Origin: Lama glama
Lineage: Eukaryota
Assembly (NCBI GenBank): GCA_028534125.1
Contig: CM052817.1
Location: 91,886,001 to 91,950,000, forward strand
Length of the DNA stretch: 64,000 nt
Direction: 5' to 3'
Below, one piece after another: positions 1 to 13,600 of this stretch (position 1 is its first letter; every line of letters begins with the position of its first letter). The position numbers and the translations under genes were made by a program. The notes beneath the pieces are model-generated. The model had not been told where the DNA came from, did no database searches, and saw nothing but the letters and a program-made list of their open reading frames with translations.

Positions 1-377
1 CTGAAGGAACTTTTTAAGTTTTAAAAATAATATGTATGCCACAAAAATCATTTCCCACCATACGTGTCAGTGACATCACTCTCAAAGTAAGGACAGACAT
101 GAACTTAATCACATTTGGAAAATCTAAACAGTAGTGATGAATAACAACAAATTCTCATTTCTTGAGCACTACTCTGAGGTAGATGACAAGCAGGAACACA
201 GAAGTGGAAAGAAGGTTCAGACCCTGGGCCTTTCTGGGCCACTGTGGGCTTAGTCACAAACTCACTGATTTGCTTGGGCCTCAGACTGGCTTCAAATTCA
301 TACTCCAGTATAATTACTTATACTTTCTTTCTTTGGCTTTATTTGTGATGAATAAAAATCTGGAATGATAAATTTTT

Positions 378-513
378 TTCTTTCTTGGGGAGGCAGTAAT
401 CAGGTTTGTTTATTTAGTTATTTATTTATTTAACGGAGGTACCAGGGATTGAACCCAGGACCCCGTGTATGCTAAGCATGTGCTCTACCACTGAACTGTA
501 CCCTCCCCCTCTT
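378..513 (-). mobile_element. tRNA-derived SINE (camelid Vic-1-like)
   Basis: The minus strand has a tRNA-like head (GGGTACAGTTCAGTGGTAGAGC...CCTGGGTTCAATCCC) and an A-rich tail. 15-bp TSD gaatgataaattttt at 363-377 and 514-528. Confidence 0.88.
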
Positions 514-3209
514 GAATGATAAATTTTTGAAAACCAGAAGTCAACTGTATTCACTTACTTCCCCCTTACAACTGCCATCAACATGTTTAGGGGCGAAGGG
601 ACAATGCAGAGGGGGTTAAAGGACTCAAGGACTCTCAAATTCCCTGCCTACTAACCTGACTGGGAATAAAGCTAAGTATGGATAAAAATAGTTTTAGGAC
701 AATAGTAACACAAAATTGCATCTTGTTTTTTTTCTTTTTTGCTATAAAGTTGAACTTGTTACTCATTTACTTCCCTCCTAAATCTCTCAAATATTTTATT
801 CATAAAGCAAAAAAGAATTCATGAAATGGAGATAAATTATAAATATCATTAAAATTTTCTTAATTTCTACAAAGCATATTCCTGCAAAATTTAAAGTATC
901 TTTTTCTCTTTAATTCTTCAGAGTGTAATTTCAAACAGAGCAACTATACTCTGTGTAGTTTAATCTTCAATATTTATATTCAATATTCCACATATTCAAT
1001 ATTCCAAAAAGTAATTTTTTTCTCCTTGGGGGATCAAAATTAACCTTCAATTTTTCTCTCTTCCAGTGAGTAAAATAATGGTGGAATGCTTCACTGTGGA
1101 TGGATTCAGGGGCTAGTATACAGGAGGCAGATGTCACAAGGTACAGAAGCAAGATGGGGCCAGGTGACCTTGCAGGAAAATTATTCTCAGCCCCTGCTTT
1201 TAGCTCCCAAACCATCATGCTTTCACCTTTCATACCTCATCATTGAATTATAGAGCCCTTTGGCTTCTGTAAAAGCAGTTTTTTTTTTCATTCTCTAAAT
1301 AACACAATAATAAATTGAGTCCCTATCTTCATTAGAAGTGGTCCAGGTCTGGGCTCCTCTTTTCTTTTCACCAACCTCTCTTCCCTCTGCTTGGCTGCTC
1401 CCGACTTACCCCTGTTTCCCCCAAGTGAACTGAGCAGTCTTAATGACTGTGACAAACTCGTTCCTGCTTAAGTCTTCCCCACCTTTGGTTATGGCCTTAG
1501 ACACAGGCAGTGAGGGGCCCCTGCCCTGACCACCAGTTCTAGAGGGCCCAGCTGGGTCTTCCTCTGGCTACCCTTCCCTACCGGGCAAGTCATCTACACA
1601 AGAGCCCATGTCTTCCTTTCTAGACTGTGTTCTGCACACCTGGAACCCCCATGTTCCCTGCCCAGAGAGCCTCAAGTCTGTTTCCCCAGGTCTTTCCTCT
1701 GGAAGGTAGACACACAGCTGTGGGCACCTCCCGGCCCAAAGAGTGGACAAGGAGGGTGTGTATGGACCTTGGAGGTATGGACTGGAGGGTCCCACAAGTG
1801 TGGGAGGCCCCTGTGGTCTATACAGCACAGAGCCAGGGATGGGAAGGGAACTGCGTGGTCCAGGGAACCCACACTGCATTTAAACCTGGCCTTCCCGGTT
1901 GCTGCAAAGTTACAATTGTCAAGGTCAGATGATGGAATATACTTTACTTAATAGCTTGATGTAGAACAAATAAATATGAAGCAGACGGTATGTAGTCCAC
2001 CTCTGTACTCTTGCCCTGGGCCCATAAATGTTAGGAGGAAGTTCCCTTTATTCTCACCCAGTGAGGCCCTTCTCCTGTGCTAAATGCCCGTGCCATCTCA
2101 GCAGTGAATACTGAACAAAGTCTGGAACTTCAGCATGTTTGAATTCCCCTTCTTGCTGGCCAGGCCTTCCTCTTTGCACCATTCCTCTCCCTCTTCAGAT
2201 TCAGTCACTGACAGAAGGCCCCGCAGTGAATCTGTAAACAGGGAAGAGAAGCTGTCGTGTGAGCCACCGAGAGGGTTTCACGAAGCCTGGGTACTCCTGG
2301 GTCAGACCCTTTCCAACATGGAACCTGCCGGCCAGGAGAACCAGAGACAGACAGGTGATTTCTTTTTTCTTTACAGATTTCTGCCCTTTCCTAGCTGTAT
2401 GATTTCACCTTCTCTTTTGTAAAACGTGTTTCAGACACAGAGGGAGCAGCTCTGATGGAAGTCGGCCAGGCAAAGATGCGAGGTGGGGAGCAGTCGGCGA
2501 CTCCAGTTTGACGCTAATGATTTGTGTACAATTCAAGGTCAGAGAATGATATGTGAGGCCCGTGCGCCCACCCACACAAGCACACGCAATTTAGTGCTTG
2601 ATTATATCAGCATAGAGCACTAATACATCCAACGCTGCCTTGTTCACTTGCCTCTCCAATTAGGAGGAAACACAGAGGGCAGGGACCACATGTTAAGCTT
2701 CTTTTGTTCCCCATAACACCCACCACCTTATTAGGCACATAATAGGCATTTGATAAATATGTTTTGTTAAAAAGAGGCTTGTCCCCGTTAATGAAATAAA
2801 TGTGTTCTTGAAACGTTCTGAATCAAGGGAGTTTTTTTTTTTTTGTAAATGGAATTTTATTTTAATGATACTGGGAAAGCTGCAATGGGAGTACTATGAT
2901 AAGTCTTATTACAAAGCAGAAAATCATTCTATTTGGATTGTCATACATTTTTAAACTCTTAGGTCTAAACCTGGGAATCTCATTCCACAGGGGAGGTGAG
3001 GGTCTATGCATCCCCTGTCTTGGTATCCACATTTGTTTGGGGAATGTGTCTTTTTTTTTTCTAGTGATATTGCTGTAGCTTTCATCGTATTTTCAAAGGG
3101 ATGTGCTACTTGAAAAAGAAAAAAAAGTTAGAACCCATGGGCCTGGAAGGTGCTAGGGAAGTTGGTCTAAGCTTCTAGGAAAATACTTCAGCAGCTTTGG
3201 TTAAGCAGA

Positions 3210-3660
3210 AAATAATAATTAAAGCTCACATCTGCTGAGCTTCTGCTCCACACCAAATATTTGACATTCATCGTATTTAATCTTTCCTGCAAGGCAGGCA
3301 TTATCGTCTCATTTTGCAGGTGAAGAAACTGAAGAGACCCACCCCAGGCACAAAGTTAGTAAACACCCAATGTGAGATTTGAACCAGGATTCCACTTAGG
3401 ATTCCAAATTAGGAAGTTTTTCATGAAAACTGTTTCTGTTTCTCTCTGATGCCGTATCTAAAATAGTAATACTGCTAATTGATAATAATACATAAATTAG
3501 CTTTGAGTAGATCATTATCCCTACTTCACAGATGCAAAAACTGAAGTTAAGAAAAAATATTTAAAATTTAAGTACAGATGAAAACTTGTGGAAGACCCCA
3601 TAGCTGGTAAGCCAAGGGGCCAGTGTTCAAACTAAGGTCCATCCATCTCCTGGGCCCACT
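3210..3660 (-). mobile_element. Two adjacent MIR fragments
   Basis: cattttgcaggtgaagaaactgaag...gatttgaaccagg, and attatccctacttcacagatgcaaaaactgaag. Confidence 0.55.
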
Positions 3661-4099
3661 GCTCCTCCCTGCTTCACAGCCTCGCTGTGGGGACAGCCTG
3701 GCTTTCCCGTGACTCTTATACAAAAACCGGTGGACTGGTTCCTGGTTTCTATATGCCATAATACTTTTAAACCGAAATTCTGGATACTGTTTCTGACACA
3801 TGGTTGTACTTACAGCTGTAAAGGAAAATGATGACTGTGCATTCAACAGAGCAGCTAGAATAGACCCTCTTCAAACCTCAGGGGATACTACCTCCCCATG
3901 GAGCAGGAACTCAGAGGCAGTACTGTGGATACTGGATATATATGGAAGGTTGGCCACAGGATCACTTAAGATTTATTTGATATTATGAATTCATTCCACT
4001 TACTCAGCTTGATACGATGAGAGTAGATTAACATGTGAAAGTGCTATTAGCTCTCTGAAAGAAAATAATATTGAAATTCAGGTTTAATACATAATCTGG

Positions 4100-4340
4100 A
4101 AGGCAGTTTGCCCAGTAGTTAAGCAAAGCCTGGGCCCTGAATTCAAAGAGATCTGAGTTCAATTCTCCACTCTCTCATTTACTAGCTAAGTGCTCTTAGG
4201 AAAAAAATCACTTGCTATTTCTACGCCTCAGTCTTCTCACATATAAATGGAGATAATAAGTTATGACAAGCTTGGTGAAGATAAATGAAGACCTGCAGGG
4301 AGACCGTGTAGAACAATGCCAGAAACACTGTATTCACTTA
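4100..4340 (+). mobile_element. MIR SINE
   Basis: ctgagttcaattctccactct...cctcagtcttctcacatataaatggagataata core. Confidence 0.65.
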
Positions 4341-4728
4341 AAAAAAAAAAAAAGGTAGTGTTTTGTTTTTATGACTTCAAGTCTAAAGAAATAGGAAAGG
4401 AATGCATAAAATTTGTCCCTCAAAATCAAAACAGGATAAAGGATACAAATAAATTCTCCTTCCCCTTGAGTGATAGCACTGGTATTAAAAAGAAACTCAA
4501 TCCTGACCAAAAAGAGAAAAAAAAAAAAACGCTCACAGGAAAAGATTCTAAAATAAGTCTTTTCCTGTGCACAGGTTTATCCAAATTTCCTTCCTAATTA
4601 TATTTATTACTGTTGACATTTTACTACTTAAAACAATCTTGTGTGATCCAGAGGGAGCCACAGACAGGGGTGGGACACTCTGAAATGCGCTATGGTCTTT
4701 CCTTACATGTCAATGTTGGGACTCATTA

Positions 4729-5041
4729 CAGTGGGCCCTGTGTATCTGAGGGTTGGTTCCACATCTGCGGATTCAACCAACTGTGGATGAAAAATATGTG
4801 GGGAAAAGATTCCAGAAAGTTCCCCAAAGCAAAAGAACTTGCCACACGGCAGCTATTTATATAGTATTTACTTTGTAGTAGGTATTATATGTAACCTAGA
4901 GATGATTCAAAGTGTACAGAGGATGTGTGTAGTTTATATACAAATACTATGCCATTTTATCTAAGGGGCCTGAGCATCCGTGGATTTTGGTATCCATGGG
5001 GGATCCTGGGAACATCCCCCTTGGATACTGAGGGATGATTG
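4729..5041. mobile_element. MER2-like Tigger (Tc1/mariner) MITE
   Basis: Flanked by TA. Terminal inverted repeats CAGTGGGCCCTGTGTATC... and ...GATACTGAGGGATGATTG. Internal gcggattcaaccaac motif typical of MER2. Confidence 0.8.
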
Positions 5042-5854
5042 TATTTCAATTCCATGTTAGTGTGGGAAACATGGCAAGGGAAGACAGATTCAAGAGCCTG
5101 ATTGGTACTTTCCAATTCTTGTGTCTATAGTAATTTAGTATGCGTAAGATAAAAGTCTAAAAATCCTAATTTTCAATCAGAAAAGAAGTGGTGAGTACAT
5201 GCAACAGAGTGGAGACATATGAATGTACATAATAGTGGGAACGCCACTCTTCCCTCCCAGCTGACAAGCAAGCCAATTAGATCCGCTGAGTTGTTGATCT
5301 ATGTTTTCAAGGACCCACGGAAGACAGTTTTTAAAAGCAATGCAATTTTTGTTCTTAATATGCAGTGTCCTTCAGTGAAAGTGGCAAGGAGGTTGAGGTA
5401 ACTCTGGAATGCTGGAGACAAGAATTCATCATCCGGAGATAAAGATGAAGAGATCCAGGAAGCTGGGTGAGAATAACATAAAAATTCTGCCTGTGTTGTT
5501 GCCAGTGTGCTTAAATGATGCTATAAAGTGGGAATTTTTGGACACTTTCCATGACCCAAAATCCTGCAGACCAGACACATGTCAGTCCCCATTTGCACGA
5601 CCAACCAAAACTACCTCCCACCCCCACCTCTAAAAAAAGCAAACAATACTCTCACAAAAGAAACATCAGGAAGATGGGTACGGAGGGAGGGGTGAAGGGG
5701 AACGGACACAGAAAAGTGTTTAAATAGAAGTGGTTCTGAAGCCACTGCCTTGACAAGGGTAGAAAAAAATGAAACCAGAATGTCAGATGTGACCTTCAGC
5801 TGGTTGTCTTGTTCCCATTTCACTCTGTGAGTGTCGACTTGGAGGCAAAATTGC

Positions 5855-6065
5855 ATAATGTTTATGAGCTCAGGTTTGAATTTGAACAGACTTTGCTTTA
5901 GTTCCCAGTTCCAATGCCATCTGTGTGACCTTGAACAGGCTACTCAACCTTGTATGTCTGAGTTTCCAGGTCATCTGAGGATGACATGAAACGATTCACG
6001 TGAAGTGCTTAGCGCAGCACAAATCTTGGCACAAAAAGCATTCTGTCTATGGTAGCTATTAATAT
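5855..6065 (+). mobile_element. MIR SINE
   Basis: ctgtgtgaccttgaacaggctactcaacct...gtgaagtgcttagcgcag. Confidence 0.55.
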
Positions 6066-6081
6066 GAACTACACTTTAGAT

Positions 6082-6311
6082 CACAGTTTCCCAACCACAG
6101 CACTGTTGACATTTGGGACTGAATAATTCTTTGTTGTGGGAGCCTGTCCTGTGCATTGCAGGATGTTCAGTAGTGCCCCTGGTCTCTGCCTACCAGATGC
6201 CAGCAGCAGCAATCCCTTCCTCTAGTTTTGACAACCAAAAATATCTCCAGATGTTCCCAACTGTCCACTGGGGGATGTGGAAATGAAATTATCCCTAGTT
6301 GAGAACTGCTG
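6082..6311. mobile_element. MER20 (hAT-Charlie MITE)
   Basis: Resembles the MER20 consensus (cactgttgacatttggg...ataattctttgttgtggg...gacaaccaaaaatatctccagatgt...gttgagaactgctg). 8-bp TSD ctttagat/ctttggat. Confidence 0.85.
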
Positions 6312-8850
6312 CTTTGGATCAGTCTAGGTTCTAAAAGATGAGGGTAACTCAATTCTTCTCCTTGACATGCATATATTTTAAGCCCCAGCTTTAAAAAATT
6401 CATGCTCTTATTTTGAAAGCCTAATAATAAATCACTCAGCTACTGGGGTCTCTGTTTCCTCATCTTGAGACCATTATTTCAGGGTTCCCTTTTATTCTGA
6501 TCTTGAAAATTCTATTCTTATTTCTTTCATCCCTACAAGGACTTAAAAAACGATTTTTCCCTATGAGGAAACTTATATAAGTGATACATATTCAACTGGA
6601 AAAATAAGGAAATACAGATGAGCCAAAAAAAAAGAAAAGAAAAGAAAAGAAATATCACTTATAATCCCAGTAGTTAGAAAAAACTAACTAGGGTTAACAT
6701 TACAATGAATGGGTTTTCAGATATTGTATAAATACATATGTGTGGATATACACAAATATACATGTACATATACACTCATCCAATGCACACACATACAGGT
6801 ATTTCTTGTATGCTTGTCATTTTTCCTAATCATTAATTCTAGCTATCTCAGACCTAGTGCCAGACATTATATTTTCTCACCACGTACGACTTCCCTCAAG
6901 AAGTGGTTCATCAACGCATGCTTTCAACTACTGCTTGGGCATAAACGAACCTAAACCCCACAGCTTTAGTCCTTAATTCCTCCACTGAAAGACATCTTGA
7001 ATGTCCAACAGACAAGCTAAACAGTGTTCAAACCATCCCCTTTGGACAGCTCTCCCTTTACCAGCAACTGATGGCTCTCCTCAGTCTTTTTAAGTTAGAG
7101 GCTTGGAAGTCAAATTTGATGACTCTTTGTCTTACTTGTCCCAACTCATGCCTATGGTCACTTCCACTCATCTTTCACTTTTTCTTTGGATCTATTTCTG
7201 GAGTCATATCAGTCAGGTCCTCCAAGTGTGCTGTTTCCTAGCATCTCCTCTGTCACAGTCATTTTGATCAAGATAGTACTCTCCTCTTCTCAGAAACCTA
7301 CAGCGACTAGCCACTGCTTCTTGTATCACAGGTTAGATCTTAATAACGAGCTCCAAGGGGCTTCCACGCTGCCTTCAGTTCTCCTCCCATGGCGTCCTCT
7401 TTTACTACTCCTCAGCTTACACTTTTTATTCCTTATCAACTCTTCACAACCCACAATCCCAACCCCTTTTTCTGAACAACAGTCCATTAAAAGTAAAGTA
7501 AATCAAAGCACAGGGCTGATCTTTTAAACAGGGCAGGTGTTTTAAAACAGAAGAAAAATTAGAACATTGATAAGTTATCCTTCAGCCACCAGTCATAGCT
7601 AATTATTTATTATATTAATAGGGTGTATCTTCTTTTATAATTATTAATAAATGCTTTCTTTCTTTATTTTGGTTGCAAAAATGCATTTTCACCAGATTGG
7701 ATGGAATATATTTATAATACTAGGAAGTCAACCCCATTAAATGATTTCTTGTAGCAATATTTTTCATCAAGGCACATGCATTTACTTAATCTAAAAGACA
7801 GCTGGTTTTCTCTATTAAAAGGTATACAAAAGAATAACCTTTGAATTTGATCATTGTAACTTGGACAACATGTCACTCTGTTGAATATAAATAGGAATCT
7901 GTATGCTGTTATTACTTAATTTTTTTTTCACAATCCAGCTTTTATTAGAGGATGAACTTCTTAAGGGGAGGAACCATTCCTTTTACATCCTTTGTGATGC
8001 TCACAGTAACTGGAATATAGCTTGGTTCTTATGCAACTGGTCCTCAAATGTTGCTAGGTGATTCATATTTGAAGGGGAAATGGAAAGAAAAGCCCGAAGG
8101 ACTTAAAGGATTTGCGTGCATGCATCTTGCTGTGAATAATACAAATGTGGAGAGAGATGACTAAGTGGACAGCATGGGGCACCGAGGGCTTCGGCCCCTG
8201 AAATATTCAGTAATAGGAAGTTACATGTGACTAACAGCAGCGTCCAGGTCGTGAGATGGAAAACGGAGGAAGCGGCGGACGCGCTGGAAGAACTCCGAGG
8301 TGCAGCGAGGTGAACGGCAGCATCAGCTTGCCGTGCCTTTCAGGGGGACACAGTTCAGCAGGAAAGACAGTACGGAGGATGAGGGAAAGGACAGAAACCC
8401 TAGGGCAGAAACAATAAATGCCTTAAAGTGAGAAGGTGAGGGAAGGCATTCTGCAAGCCAAGTGAAAAACCGCGTAACTAACAAGGTTGGATTTAGTGCC
8501 GAGGAGGTAACAGCTCAGCTGCTAGGTCCTCTAACATTTTATTTCCCACTTTAAAAAAAAGCAAAGCCTTCTTCACATTGGACCACAGAATTCTACATGA
8601 ATTCCCTGCCACGAGGCATATTTGATATTAGGTCCAGGGCTGCAAAGTGAAAAGAGACAAATTTCTGGTGTGCTTGGAGTCTATGATTGCCTGACTCCTC
8701 CCTCCCCTCCTCTCCACCACGCTGGCAACCGCGCCGAAGCGCACATCCCCCAGATGAGTCTGCTCATCTTTGCCAGCTCAGTTCTTCCCATCCTAAGCGT
8801 CTCTGTGCCCATACCACTTAAGCACTTTATGAAATGTCAAAAGCCTTTCC

Positions 8851-9136
8851 TGGTAGTTATGGCGTCCACAAATATGTCCACAAATTTGTGACACTCCCTT
8901 CAGAGGGTAGAGCTAGTTCCTCTCCCCTAGAGTGTGAACAGACTTAATGATTTGCTTCAAATGAATAGAATACTGAAGCGGCAAAGCTGTGTGACTTCAA
9001 CACTATGTCATAAAGGGCATTGTGACTCCCTCCTTGCTTTCTTGAGCCAGAACCACCCAGCTAAGCTGCTCCTGGATTGTTTTCAGCTGCTAAATTTTGG
9101 ATATAATTTTTTACACAGGAATAGATAACTAATACA
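8851..9136 (+). mobile_element. MLT1 (ERVL-MaLR) solo LTR, MLT1F/G-like, internally deleted
   Basis: cacaaatttgtgacactccc...gagccagaaccacccagctaagctgctcctggatt...aatagataactaataca terminus. Confidence 0.7.
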
Positions 9137-10773
9137 GTAAAATTTCCAATAGAGCTCTTATTTATTTTGGAGTTGTTTTAAACATTTTACTAAAATACCT
9201 GTTTTCATCTAAATAACTCCTGAGAGAGAGAGAGAGAAAGAAGCAGTTTTAAAGTAATAATAATTCTCATTATTTTTATGAATACTTGTTTACCTGCTCC
9301 TAATACCCAAAAAGTTAGATGTTATAAGTGTTCAGTTGAATTAAATCCCATCTTCCTTTTTAGCTTCTGATTTTGACAAAGACAAATGATTTCTCTCACA
9401 TAGTAAAGTTCCAGAAATAATCAGGCTTCAAATTTAAAGGTGTCTTCTAAAGTAGGGGGTGGGGAAGTGGCTAGATTTTCTCTGGAGGTATTTTTTGCTC
9501 ATTTAACAGAAATGAACAATAAGTATACATTTTCATATTGTATGTTAAAATATGAAAAATAATTTTAAGTTTAAACAGAGATAATTGCAGGAGGAACAAT
9601 CCTGTCATAGCCAGGATGAAAAGAAACTCTTTTCATCAGCATTTAAAACTTGTAAACCATGGATTTTTAAAAGAGAATAATACTCTTTTGCCACTTTGTT
9701 TGTAGACTGTCCATATAATTTTCACACATATGATAATATGTTTCTCTTAGACTCTTTCCATCTTTGTATGCCCAATACCTAGACATGTCAGGAACATAAT
9801 CAATGTCTATTGAATGAATGAATGAATGATGAATGAATAAAGTTAGCTTAGAGGAAATCTGAAAGTTATACTCTCCTACACGATTAAAAAGGTATGACTA
9901 ACATATGATATGATTAATGTTTTACCTTAAAAATCTGCATATAGTATATACAATGGGTCTGATACTATCCTAAATGCTTTATGTAAATTGAGACACAGCA
10001 TCGTCATAATAACCCTATTACTGTCATCCCCATTTTCTAGATGAAAAATCAAAGCTGAGAGAGCTTCTATAACCTGCTCCCAACCCTGCAGGTAATGAAG
10101 GGGTGAAGGAGGGATTTGAGTGTTTGTCCCAGCTTCAGAGTCCGTCCCTGCCCTGCCAAGGCAGCTCCCTAACTGATCTCACACTGGCTCCCACCAGCCA
10201 GCTCTTGAGTCCAGGGACGGTGGAAACGCAGGACGAGAGAATGGTGCCTACTTTGTGGCATTTTGGGGAATTGTGTTTATTCATGAGTTTCTCTCACTAG
10301 ACCACCAATTTAACACTCTGCCAACTGTCCAATTATTCATGTTCACATGGAGCTAAGTGGGATCTCCTCCAGCTGCACACCTTTTTTTTCCTCAACATAA
10401 TTAATGAAGCTCATCAAAACCCTAGAAAACAAGCCCAGAGCACCAGCCACTCTTATTGACATGTTAATAGGGGGTCAGGTGCTCCCGACCCACCGCAGGA
10501 TGTTTATATGGCCCCGAGGCTGCTCACAAACGTTCTGTGTTGATGATGGGGTTGGATGAATAAGGGCCATGCTCCTGTTGAGATGCAGCCACGTTACACA
10601 CAAGTGGCTGTGGAAGTATCTGAAGGCCGTGGGCCACACAGAGCAGGTAAATTCTAACGACAGGGGCCCAGAGCCTGCTGTGTGCAGCTCCTGATCAGGT
10701 GCCAGGCAATGGGAAATACTAGTCTATTCTGTCCAGTTTAGGGTTATATACCTGTTAAGAGGTGACATAAAGA

Positions 10774-10925
10774 GGGGCGGGTATAGCCCAGTGGTAGAGT
10801 GTGTGCTTAGCAAGCACAAGGTCCGGGGTTCAATCCCCAGTACCTCCATTAAAATAAGTAAGTAAATAAATGTAATTACCTACCTCCTCCCCCCAAAAAC
10901 AAAAATAAAGCCAAAAAATAAAAAA
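10774..10925 (+). mobile_element. tRNA-derived SINE (Vic-1-like)
   Basis: A-box-like TAGCCCAGTGG, B-box-like GGTTCAATCCC and an A-rich tail. Perfect 17-bp TSD aagaggtgacataaaga at 10757-10773 and 10926-10942. Confidence 0.92.
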
Positions 10926-11047
10926 AAGAGGTGACATAAAGAATCAGCGGCTCTGGAACAGCACACCCACCCCGCCCCAATTGTCATCCTGCTTCACCTC
11001 TGGTCCTTCTGATCACGGAGCAGATTTTTGCTGCTGTTGTTTCAGAC

Positions 11048-11376
11048 CTGCCCTGTCCAATATGGTGGCCACGAGCCACGTATGGTTACTGAACACCTGA
11101 AACGTGACCTGTCCCAATTGAGTTGTGCTATAAAAGTGTGAAAGACACACCTGACTTCAGAGACTTGGCATGAAAAAAACAATGTCAAACATCTCATTCA
11201 TGATTTTTATATGGATTACATGTTGATATCATCTTTTCATATATTGGGCTAAATCCAAATAAATTAAAATTAATTTCATCTGTTTCTTTGGGCCTTTTGT
11301 CACGTGGCCAATGGAGATTTTTCAGTTCCATGGTTTGTATTTGTGGTTGGGACGATATTTCTGTTGGCGGGGCTGC
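11048..11376. mobile_element. MER33-like hAT-Charlie MITE
   Basis: Starts ctgtccaatatggtggccacgagccac. Internal gtgtgaaagacacacctgacttcagagactt. Ends next to ctctagag. Confidence 0.72.
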
Positions 11377-12251
11377 TCTAGAGTCTGGTACTTCTAAACC
11401 TGTCACTGCTCTGAGAGGCAGGACGATTTTTCTCTGGGCTTTTCTGCCACCCTAATGACAATCTTACGAAGAGGTGATACTGAAACTAGCATTATCTGCC
11501 ATCACGGCTGCTCTATGATCAGATGTGAACCACCCTGCCTTCTAGGGCCTTTGGTCACCGTTTAGCCTGAGAGTTTCACACTCCAGGCCCCCCAGGACCA
11601 CAGCACAGCACAGCAATGTGTGGCACACGGAACTCAGATTCTCGATTCTTACAGCACTGGCCTGAGATGCTGACTCTCTGCTCTGGGCTTAGTGGCTTTT
11701 GGGGAACAAGCAGGTGTACCCAGAGCCCCAGCCTGTGCTTGTGCAGTTGGTGGATAGCACAGTGGTGTCCAGTGGAGGGTGCAAGGGGGCTGCCGTCACA
11801 CCTGGGGAGCCTATTTCCTGATTCTCACCCAGGCACTAGAAGCACAGTGGTGGCCCAAGGTGAACCACTCTCTCCACCCAGAGAAGACCTTTCTCCTTGC
11901 CCTCACCACCGCCTAACTTCAGCTTGGCACCGCAAGTGTTTGTGGCCTCACAAGCCCATTAATGTCCTTTGTAGTGAACTGGCTGGAGCCCAATGCAAGA
12001 GAGAGGCTCATGTAAATTTGCAAATGTCTCAGATGCAAAAGCATTTAGGGAATGCAGGTATGTTTATACAACCCCTTCTAGGGAATCACAGTATTAATAA
12101 ATACCGAGAGTTATCAGTTTGTATACCATTTGGGGTCAAAAGTGTTTAGTAAATAAACATGTAAAGGAAACCTGCATAAACTCACAAATCATACTAACTA
12201 ATCATGACAAGGTATTGGAAACGTAACTACTTATGAAAGAAAGGTATTTTG

Positions 12252-12354
12252 GGGGGGGCGGTGTTATTTATTTTGATGGAGGTACTGGGGGTTGAACCCA
12301 TGACCTTGTGCATGCTAGGTGTGCACTCTACCACTCAGCCATACCCTCTCCCAT
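12252..12354 (-). mobile_element. tRNA-derived SINE (Vic-1-like)
   Basis: Reverse copy of the same head. 13-bp TSD gaaaggtattttg at 12239-12251 and 12355-12367. Confidence 0.88.
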
Positions 12355-13039
12355 GAAAGGTATTTTGATTCTTCATCCACTGGGTCAGATGCAAACCATT
12401 TGGTGTCATAAGAAAGATTAACTCCATAGAAACTTGCTCAGGAACCAAGATATAATAGAATATCTTTGTATAGGAAAACAGCATTTTTTTTTTCAAAGAA
12501 AAGTCCAGAGTTGCTATGACTAGTTAATGAATGATGACATACTAGTTTTAAAGCTTGGAACCCTGCTCTTCTTGTAATCCTGCATAATGACTATTTTTAG
12601 AGAGTGCTCTCTTCAAGTAATAGATAAGATGTGACCAAGTAAATCCTTACGATAGAAATATTAAGCAAAAGGAACATATGATAGTCTACTACTACTCTAC
12701 TGAAAACAACTATTTTCATAATACTATGAATTTATTGCAAAGTAAATGCTTATAAATAACAAAAAGCCCAATTATAAAAAGCTTTGTGGCTCAATTAAAC
12801 ACAAACTTTAAAAAAATTGCTATGAGCCTGCTTCACACCTTTTGCTGAGTGTGGAACATGTACCTTAGCAAAAGAGAAATACAAATCAGAAGAACAAGAT
12901 AAACAGTAACAACTGTTTGAGATGCTTTAAAGAAAATAAGTTTTGATACTTAGATGTATCTATGACATGCCCATCATCTTTCAGAAACCACCATACCACC
13001 CTGATATTTAACCTGATGGTCAGAAGCATTCGATTCATT

Positions 13040-13600
13040 TCCCTTTCGTCTTATATATTCAATCACCACGTTCTGTTATTCCTTTCCTCTAAATGTTGCT
13101 GTGTCTGTTTTTCCTTAAATTTGAAATGCCACATCCAGATATTCTTATCATCTCACACCTCAAATAGTAGAAAGTCCCCTAACTGTTCTCCCATGCATTT
13201 CATCTCACTACTCCCCAACATGAGCCTTCCCTCCAGCCTGGCCATAATCTTCATCAACCACTTAAAGGACAAACTCCTTAGATGTACCAGAATGCCTTTC
13301 CACCACCCTCCCCACATCTAACTCTTACTCATTCTTGGTCAACCTCAAAGAGTATCTCCCCTTGGAGGCTGCTCTCTTTCACTCCCAGCAGTCCTGACCT
13401 TTGGCTTCTCTCTGGCTTCTCTCTGCCCAGGAGCCCTGACGTAGACCTTAGTAAGGTGGCACTTCATCACTGCTGCCTTATATTGACTTAACTGTGTGCC
13501 TCCGTATCTCCCCAACTAGGCTGCACACTGCCGGACATTGTAAATGGTATTATCTTAGTATATCTTCTTAGTCTATAACTATCATTCTAAGAACTTGAGG
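13040..13600 (+). mobile_element. LINE-2 fragment
   Basis: atattcaatcacca...tcatctcacacct...tctccccaactaggctgc. Confidence 0.45.

Noticed and set aside
10774..10850. tRNA gene (and four similar loci)
   Set aside because: Each has an A-rich tail and TSDs and the stems are degenerate. These are tRNA-derived SINEs.
11616..12149. 177-aa ORF (likewise 34792-35310, 47502-48008, 56158-56664, 62474-62953, 18398-18853)
   Set aside because: No recognisable domain or coding-like composition. Several run through microsatellites or repeats, and such lengths are expected by chance in 64 kb.
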